From positions 64,001 to 128,000 of IMG/VR virus record IMGVR_UViG_642918906_000001: a stretch of 64,000 bases of DNA; one strand, written 5' to 3'. Below, one piece after another: positions 20,761 through 27,502 of this stretch. Both the position numbers and the translations under genes were made by a program. The stretch is from a virus. Lineage: Duplodnaviria > Caudoviricetes. Positions within the stretch are counted from its first letter, which is position 1. The number at the start of each line of letters is the position of its first letter. Under the pieces are notes generated by a model. It was not told where the DNA came from, ran no database searches, and saw nothing but the letters and a program-made list of their open reading frames with translations.

Positions 20761-21165
20761 TTTATTATGAATGTCCAAGTGCTCACGCCAATAATCAGCT
20801 TCTTCTGCAACGTACTCGGCTTCACTTGGGGTAAGTTCAAGTGTACCACTAGCAACTGCCATCTGAGCGTAGTAACACATTTTAGCAACGGATAGACTTA
20901 CATCGAGCATATTGGATTCAGTCATATCCAAGCGAATTGGCAATAGTTCAAAATCAACGCCACCTTGTTCTTTAATATCGTCACATGCTTCCAGTACTTG
21001 CGCACGAGCGTACAGATCAATGAACTCTTGACGAATGTAGTCTACATTACGTTGACCACGATGATTACTGAACAAACCTTGTTGTTGACCTTTCAAGACT
21101 TCTTTTGTAAGTTCAACTGATTCCTCAGCAATCTTGCTAAGGACATATTGCGAGAAAGACATCAT
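20758..21165 (-). CDS. MazG-like nucleotide pyrophosphohydrolase
   Basis: KIAEESVEL...RQEFIDL matches the MazG EExxE...ExxD metal motif. Confidence 0.6.
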   Translation of the reverse strand: MMSFSQYVLSKIAEESVELTKEVLKGQQQGLFSNHRGQRNVDYIRQEFIDLYARAQVLEACDDIKEQGGVDFELLPIRLDMTESNMLDVSLSVAKMCYYAQMAVASGTLELTPSEAEYVAEEADYWREHLDIHNK

Positions 21166-21458
21166 TATTCAATACCTTTATAGGCACACCATTCATAGGT
21201 GGTGAATACTGCTTTTAGCAAATCATCTTTAGACACGCTATTGATGAAATTGAGATGCAGTGTAGTGTTAGTGTGTCCAGGTGTAACAAAAGTAACCTTC
21301 TGATCGAACACATCGTGTTTAGCAATTAAACCATTACACCACTGACTACGATACTCGCAAATAAATACGTCATATGTACGACCTTCGAAGTCAGATGTAC
21401 CTGTTGCAACGTGTGACCTGATTAGAGTCATTTCATTTTGACAGCATGGACATTCCAT
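21165..21458 (-). CDS. Small zinc-ribbon protein
   Basis: CPCC...C-x6-C pattern. Confidence 0.55.
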   Translation of the reverse strand: MECPCCQNEMTLIRSHVATGTSDFEGRTYDVFICEYRSQWCNGLIAKHDVFDQKVTFVTPGHTNTTLHLNFINSVSKDDLLKAVFTTYEWCAYKGIE

Positions 21459-21826
21459 TAGTAACCCTCATTCAACAATTCTGCCAAAGCCCGTGCTTGG
21501 CTAATATTAGTAGATGCAAACATGTCGCTTAAGCAATGGTCACGCAGAGCGGACACTGTAGCTAGCTCTCGCATGAGTTCAGGGTTAGCCTTAGCCCATG
21601 TTGCCCAAAGTTCTTTATAAGCGGCATACGTCGGATTAAAGCCTTCCAGGGGTGGTTTCCCTTTGGCGTCTCTCCAGTTGTTCGTATGAATCCGATAACC
21701 TTTACAATCTAACTGCCATGCTTCCTCAATAGTTCGCCCATCTGGTAGTTGTGCAAACAGTGCGCTAAAACGAGTGTCACCTTTCGATGAGCACTCGTAA
21801 CCATCATAGCGTTTCCACGTATACAC
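21458..21826 (-). CDS. Hypothetical phage protein, possibly a divergent NADAR-like fold
   Basis: RFSALF...DGRTIEEAWQ..CK resembles the NADAR LSNF...DG..sxEhaYQa.K pattern. Confidence 0.45.
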   Translation of the reverse strand: MYTWKRYDGYECSSKGDTRFSALFAQLPDGRTIEEAWQLDCKGYRIHTNNWRDAKGKPPLEGFNPTYAAYKELWATWAKANPELMRELATVSALRDHCLSDMFASTNISQARALAELLNEGY

Positions 21827-21837
21827 AATACTTGGGC

Positions 21838-23967
21838 TTACAACTTTGGGGATTCTACCTCAACTACTTCACCTTTAGACTTGAGATAAGCTTCCAACAG
21901 TTTATCCAACCGTGGGGCCTTGAGAACCTTCTGAGCGATCTCAATCGCGTTAGTGCGGCAACCGGTCAAGTTAACACCCAGCTCTCGTTTGGTGTGATCA
22001 GACACGCCTTGCAGAGCAGCTGTTTCCATGATCGTAGTTTCACGAGCAATGTTCAGGATCTGACTTACGTTTGGATAAGTCGAAACGATGTCCAAGTCCG
22101 CTACGTGAGCAAAGATCAAACTACGGTAGTTAGGGAAATCCTTAACGCACTTCAAGCCATTAGGACCAGCCATGTAGGAAGGGAGTGTTACAATCCATCC
22201 GTCATGACCTACCACGTATTGGTCGAGTGGGTGTAGCATCTGGTCCGAACTAGAACCGATCACACATGGTTCTTCACGGTTGAGATACCAGAAGTGCATG
22301 TCGTCACACAAACGCTTAGGGTTCGAGTTAAAGTTCTTATAGTCAGAAGACTTCGAGAACAATGTAATCGAACTGGCCAAGTCATTGATCTTCTCATCGA
22401 GTTGCTCTAGTCGAATGCTGTCGATGATGTTGTAAAGACCGTAACGCACTTTATGTTTAACCTGCATCTCACGGTGCCATTCGATCCCGAACAGATGATC
22501 AGTTTCTGCAAACTTCAACTTGCCGAAGTTCAGCTTAAACGATACTTTAAAGCCAGGTTGAACGTTAACACCCCAGATAAGTTGATCAACGTCGTCCCAA
22601 TGACATTCACGGATCTCTGTGATGTTATCACCTTCACTCAGGTCATAGATGGCCGAAGCATCATCGTCATCATCGAAATCCGGGATTACGTCTTCACCTT
22701 CCTCGTCCTCTTCAAGATCGTCTTCTTCCTCTTCGTCTTCTTCAACGCCAGAGTAGTCGACTTCAGTCTTGTAGGTGATGGTGTCATTGGCTGGGTTAGA
22801 CACAGCCCAATAAGGGTAACTACCTGAACGGTCTGCCATGGCCTTATTAGCCATCTTAATGAAAGCATTCAGGTCTTCTTCAGTCTTGATTTCAGCTTCT
22901 TCATCAACGCTCAGTTCTTTCTTAAGGATTGCGTCCAGTGCATAACTGGATTCTTTACCTTTAGCCAGACGAGTAACTCGATAAGTAGCCATGCTGTCAA
23001 TACACTGGAAGCTAGCTGGAGCTGTAACCCAATGCCATTGGTCTTCTGGACCCTTAGACTTGGTAACACCCGACGCAGTAACCTGCATCGCTTGGTCTTC
23101 TTTGTAATAGAACTTCTTGTATTCACGTGGAATACTCGGATCACTAAACACGTCAGCTGGATTAATCCCAGCATCTTCCAACGTCTTCAAGATCCGCTTC
23201 ATGTCGAAGTTGATGTTCCAGAAAGCAAAGAAGTCAGGCTTCCACATATGCAGTCGACGCATACACTGAATCACTACATCCGCCGAGGTCTCTACGACTT
23301 CAATATGAATGTTCAGATTACGAGCTTTCTTCAAAGTAACCAGTTCTGGAATACGTTCCAGTTCTTCAAGGGTTTCTTTAACTGGATCTTTAAGGTCTTT
23401 AACCCAATGCTTGAGATACGCAAGGTATACGTTCTCTTTGTGTGTAACGGACATACAGATGATCTGACCATCGTGCTCTGCTTCATACACGTTAGTCTCG
23501 ATGTCGCCACCAGCTACTGTGTTACGTGAGATCAGATCAGGGTTAGCCGTACGGTAATCGTTCTTCAAGCAGCATACGCTAGATACGTCACTGCCATACA
23601 GATAAGGACTACGTGAGAGTTGACGTAGTCTAGGGTTAGGACCCATTGAGTAATCTTTAAGTGCCTTAGCTACGGCAAATGGCATCTTAGACTGAGTTGT
23701 CTTAAACTTACGTAATTGACTAACGGGCATGTAGTCCCGTTTCTCTTTGTACGTACGAAGGTTCTCATCTTTGTAAGCCATTGGGTCTACGTAGAATGAC
23801 CGTTCGTAGTTAGGGATGATCTTAATACGTGGAATACGTCGCTTGTCCTTTAGATGGACAACCTCCTTAACTACGTGGATGTCATTACGTCCACCTTGTT
23901 CGGTTACATAGGTGATATGTTTGGCTTCAATGCCTAACACATCTTCTTTGCTAAACTCTTCGTTCAT
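21838..23967 (-). CDS. Split family-B DNA polymerase, exonuclease plus motif A subunit (phiKZ gp82-like)
   Basis: Exo I GDIET, Exo II WNINFD, Exo III YNIID, pol motif A DLDIVSTYP near the C-terminus; no DTD motif C seen. Confidence 0.85.
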   Translation of the reverse strand: MNEEFSKEDVLGIEAKHITYVTEQGGRNDIHVVKEVVHLKDKRRIPRIKIIPNYERSFYVDPMAYKDENLRTYKEKRDYMPVSQLRKFKTTQSKMPFAVAKALKDYSMGPNPRLRQLSRSPYLYGSDVSSVCCLKNDYRTANPDLISRNTVAGGDIETNVYEAEHDGQIICMSVTHKENVYLAYLKHWVKDLKDPVKETLEELERIPELVTLKKARNLNIHIEVVETSADVVIQCMRRLHMWKPDFFAFWNINFDMKRILKTLEDAGINPADVFSDPSIPREYKKFYYKEDQAMQVTASGVTKSKGPEDQWHWVTAPASFQCIDSMATYRVTRLAKGKESSYALDAILKKELSVDEEAEIKTEEDLNAFIKMANKAMADRSGSYPYWAVSNPANDTITYKTEVDYSGVEEDEEEEDDLEEDEEGEDVIPDFDDDDDASAIYDLSEGDNITEIRECHWDDVDQLIWGVNVQPGFKVSFKLNFGKLKFAETDHLFGIEWHREMQVKHKVRYGLYNIIDSIRLEQLDEKINDLASSITLFSKSSDYKNFNSNPKRLCDDMHFWYLNREEPCVIGSSSDQMLHPLDQYVVGHDGWIVTLPSYMAGPNGLKCVKDFPNYRSLIFAHVADLDIVSTYPNVSQILNIARETTIMETAALQGVSDHTKRELGVNLTGCRTNAIEIAQKVLKAPRLDKLLEAYLKSKGEVVEVESPKL

Positions 23968-24036
23968 CGTAGTGCCTCAACATGAATAACTGTACTCTAT
24001 TAGGAGTGCTAGTATTGTTAACCAGTGGGTTAACGA

Positions 24037-24167
24037 ATAAAGCAATAAGGATGTTATTAGCTTCGCTAATAGTTAATTAAGAAATAAAGGCCTTCGGCCC
24101 ATCCTATGCTCTTAGAGTAGTCTACATTAGATCAGCACTACCAGTATTTCTTAACACAATCTTTATG
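24037..24167 (+). repeat. Structured dispersed element, copy 1 (two hairpins, conserved AT linker, TATG motifs)
   Basis: Matches the reverse complement of 62397-62526; see findings. Confidence 0.8.
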
Positions 24168-24191
24168 ATTCCAATTAATTAGGTTACCAAC

Positions 24192-25469
24192 ATGCTAAAC
24201 AATACTATTTCAACAGAGGTGTTAGTCATAGGCGCTAAAACACCACTGGTAGACATTTGTCGTAATTACGTTAAGAAGATGCGTGCAGCATGGCCAGACT
24301 ACCCTAATAATGATAACCGTTTTAGTTACAGTAATAAACCATGGATTAATGCCACTGCTGAATTCGTAGATCTCATTCGTAAGAAGGTAGGACCTAGGAT
24401 CAGTATTGATGTATACAGCGGTAATGATTTCTTTAACATGGGTGTAACATCACAGATCTGGTTTATTGGTCATTCAGGTTCAAGGTGGTACGCTAAAGAT
24501 AACTATCGAATTACGGCTGGTAATGAAGCCTCGATCAAAGAGACATTAACAGTCGACCTACAGAACGTAACTGTTAAAGGTGAGTTAGTTGATAACCTGA
24601 CGTTTAGACTTTACTACACTGAAACAGTGATGTTTAACACTCAGATGTTCACTGTAGACGAAGTCGTTGCTGTAATGATCCATGAGTTCGGCCATATCTT
24701 CGATACATTCATGACTCTAGGCGACTACGTCTGGTTGAACTACTATCTCACTGATGGTATCGAGATCCTGTTAGGTAAGAAAAAGAACGTACTCAACATT
24801 GATATCCTTTCTGAGAAATCAGTAATGGCGATGGTCGATAGCGATAAAGATGCTGAAGCCTTCATGAATGAGCGTAATGAGGATACAGCAAAGCGCGTTG
24901 TACTAAGCCTACTCAAAAAGGCACCTAGACACCACCTGACTCAGAATGATCTTATTGCTAACCGTCGTGAAGAACAGCTCGCTGATCTTTTCTGTAGTCG
25001 TCTTGGAATGGGTAGACAGTTCGCTCAGTTTGAATTCAAAATGGCGAAGTACTTTAATGACCCAATTCTCAGTCGCACTAACTGGTTCGTCGAAACCGCT
25101 AAAGCTGTATTTGCTGTAGCGACACTACCATTAACTGTTTTATGGGTAATCGGACATGATCCTTTAAACGGTGGGTGGACTGGTCGCTATGATGACTCTA
25201 TCCAAAGATTAACAAAATTCCGTCGAGACTTGATTGCACAACTTAAGAGTCCCGGACCCCTTGATCGAGAAAGCATTGTTGAAGACATTGCCGTAATCGA
25301 TGACATTTTAAAAGAGTATAGCACTAACGTAAGTTTCTACGATAGTCTTATTACTTTCTTCCGTCCTAGTATTCGCAAGCAACAGCAAAATACTAAGATG
25401 GAAAATGATTTAGAATCCCTATTCCACAATGACCTGTTCTTACAGGCTTTTAAACTCAGTAAAATATAA
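24192..25469 (+). CDS. Virion head protein (gp84-like) with HExxH zinc-metallopeptidase motif
   Basis: AVMIHEFGH...EEQLAD; first gene of the late structural cluster. Confidence 0.65.
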   Translation: MLNNTISTEVLVIGAKTPLVDICRNYVKKMRAAWPDYPNNDNRFSYSNKPWINATAEFVDLIRKKVGPRISIDVYSGNDFFNMGVTSQIWFIGHSGSRWYAKDNYRITAGNEASIKETLTVDLQNVTVKGELVDNLTFRLYYTETVMFNTQMFTVDEVVAVMIHEFGHIFDTFMTLGDYVWLNYYLTDGIEILLGKKKNVLNIDILSEKSVMAMVDSDKDAEAFMNERNEDTAKRVVLSLLKKAPRHHLTQNDLIANRREEQLADLFCSRLGMGRQFAQFEFKMAKYFNDPILSRTNWFVETAKAVFAVATLPLTVLWVIGHDPLNGGWTGRYDDSIQRLTKFRRDLIAQLKSPGPLDRESIVEDIAVIDDILKEYSTNVSFYDSLITFFRPSIRKQQQNTKMENDLESLFHNDLFLQAFKLSKI

Positions 25470-25480
25470 GGTGAATCCCA

Positions 25481-25918
25481 ATGCGCATTGGTTTTGAAAT
25501 TGCCCGCTTTCTGAAAGATGTCCGTGCCCAAGATGGCGCTGACCGTACTGTACGTGCTACCATGGTAGCAAACGCCTTAGGCTACTTCTATCCAGTTGAC
25601 CCTGCTCTTAGTGCTATTGATAACGCTGAAGCCCATATGTCTGCTGCCCGTAAAGTAATTAGCCAAATCAATGAAAACATTTCTCTGGACACTAAACTGT
25701 GTCTGGAATTGTTTAAACAAGTTATGTTCATTCGTCTTGAACTGATCAATGGTCCAACGGATTCTTCGATCATTGAAGCCGCGATGCGTTCGCATACCGC
25801 AAGTCTCCATCAGACCTCAGCTGAAACGGTAGCTGTAACTGCACTGGTTACCAATCTTGAATTCGCTCGTGCCCAAAACGGTATCCGTCAAGTGCTGTCG
25901 AGTGTCGTAACCGAGTAA
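25481..25918 (+). CDS. Virion protein (gp85-like)
   Basis: 145 aa; N-terminal GFE maturation-like motif; synteny. Confidence 0.55.
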   Translation: MRIGFEIARFLKDVRAQDGADRTVRATMVANALGYFYPVDPALSAIDNAEAHMSAARKVISQINENISLDTKLCLELFKQVMFIRLELINGPTDSSIIEAAMRSHTASLHQTSAETVAVTALVTNLEFARAQNGIRQVLSSVVTE

Positions 25919-25923
25919 AGCCC

Positions 25924-26226
25924 ATGAGCGATTACGCTAAGATAGTGTACCCAAGAATTACAAAAGGCTACGCTAAGTCGTTGATCGCAGAGGAACAGAT
26001 CGTAGTTAACGCCGAGATGTGTGTTGTGATCTGTATGGTCAGGTTGAATAATGGTCACCGACTGGTAACTGATGCGATTGTTGCGAATAGTGGTTTGTTT
26101 GATGCCGCACGTGGTACTCAAATCGCTCGCGATAAAATGATCTCCAAGATCATGGAACTTGAAATGTACCAGATGCGTACACGCCTGCATGACGAACGAA
26201 CTAAGGAGGTCACTGATGTTGACTGA
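25924..26226 (+). CDS. Phage Gp49/Gp66-family protein (Acb4-like nucleotide sponge candidate)
   Basis: PRIT...ICMVRLNNGH...FDAARGTQIARDK.I.KI.ELE.Y matches the recalled Gp49 family consensus. Confidence 0.65.
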   Translation: MSDYAKIVYPRITKGYAKSLIAEEQIVVNAEMCVVICMVRLNNGHRLVTDAIVANSGLFDAARGTQIARDKMISKIMELEMYQMRTRLHDERTKEVTDVD

Positions 26227-27460
26227 TGCCGAAATTCTTGATAACCAAACCCAGACACTTGAAGAAGTGTTGGATAAACTCCATTCGCGTTCAGATGAAC
26301 CTTTGGAGAAAGCTGTAGCAGTAGACGTAGGTAATGATGCACTGCATGTTGCAGTTGAGTGCTTACGCACGCTTTCTGATCTGCACCGAACGATTGCAGT
26401 AGAAGGCGTGTCTAAAGACGATGTAAGCGCACTCAGAGCGATTCAAGCCAGAATGCAGCCATACATCCGTCTTCCATCTAAAGTCGCCTTAGAAGCGTAT
26501 GAGGGACTATTCACGCCTAACCGCACGATGATCAACCAGACCATCTCGCAGGAAGCTACATTGGCTGAGTTTGGTAAGACTCTGAAAGAATGGTTCTTTA
26601 TCTTCGTTGACTTTATCATTCGCGTATCCGATTGGTGCCGACGTGTATGGAACTCCGAAGACGCCATTCGTTTACGACTGAAGAATATGGATAGTAATCT
26701 TCAGTCGATGTACAACCAGGTCAATGAGTTAATCAAGTACAACGCCAAGTTTGGACGTGACGCTGAGCCAGATCTGCTCAAGATCAGTGAACTGGTATTA
26801 GCCGATCCTAAACTGACTCGCTCCAATGCCATGCTGATTGCGTTTAACGTACCTGCTAAAGATGGTATTATCAAAGTCATGGATCGTGATGCCGATCGTT
26901 TATTTAATTCGATGATGAAAGACCTCGTTTCTTTCAAATTGCATATCGAGCAAAATAAACCTATCGGTTATCTTATCGACTACGGTAAAGAGTTTACTGA
27001 AATCGCTAGTTGCTTAGAAGCGTTGACTGTTGCGGTTGACGACCAAGATTTCTTCAAAGATAATCTCTCGTTAGATTTCTGGAAGAATCCTAAACAACTA
27101 GTGTCTCGCCAAATCTTTGCACCATCGCACAACATCGATCAGGTACAGCGACTCGCTAAAGAAATTAGATCTATTAAACGTAACTCTAATTTTGATGCGC
27201 TCGAAGATGCGGATGTTCTGGCAACGGTTATTGAAAACCTGTCGGAAGCGGTTAAAGGTTTAGAACGAATCATTAAGTTCAAACAACAGCTGTACGCTGA
27301 CTGTTATAAAGTTTCCGCTACATACGCTAACTTCTATATCCGTGCTCGTGATCACATCGAGGAAACTCTTCGTGCTAACGTAGCTGATGATATTGAAGCT
27401 AAGGTAATGGAACGTTTAACCAAAGCTTGGGAAGAGCTCCTTAAGCGGATGGGTGTTTAA
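26216..27460 (+). CDS. Virion head protein (gp86-like)
   Basis: ATG 26216 with SD AAGGAGGT; AVE/ALE/SQE cleavage-type motifs. Confidence 0.65.
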   Translation: MLTDAEILDNQTQTLEEVLDKLHSRSDEPLEKAVAVDVGNDALHVAVECLRTLSDLHRTIAVEGVSKDDVSALRAIQARMQPYIRLPSKVALEAYEGLFTPNRTMINQTISQEATLAEFGKTLKEWFFIFVDFIIRVSDWCRRVWNSEDAIRLRLKNMDSNLQSMYNQVNELIKYNAKFGRDAEPDLLKISELVLADPKLTRSNAMLIAFNVPAKDGIIKVMDRDADRLFNSMMKDLVSFKLHIEQNKPIGYLIDYGKEFTEIASCLEALTVAVDDQDFFKDNLSLDFWKNPKQLVSRQIFAPSHNIDQVQRLAKEIRSIKRNSNFDALEDADVLATVIENLSEAVKGLERIIKFKQQLYADCYKVSATYANFYIRARDHIEETLRANVADDIEAKVMERLTKAWEELLKRMGV

Positions 27461-27461
27461 C

Positions 27462-27502
27462 GACATAAAGCCCCGGCCTTTCGGTCGGGGCAATATGCTG
27501 TC
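27462..27502. terminator. Stem-loop between convergent genes
   Basis: GCCCCGGCC-TTTC-GGTCGGGGC at 27470-27491, flanked by CATA and TATG. Confidence 0.7.

Noticed and set aside
22530-22912. Intein or intron in the DNA polymerase
   Set aside because: In frame, with no intein splice-junction residues and no endonuclease motifs
24037-24167. Element read as an ordinary UUCG terminator or a mobile-element terminal repeat
   Set aside because: Stems close 3-nt loops, there is no U-tract, copy 2 lacks UUCG, and no transposase or target-site duplication was seen
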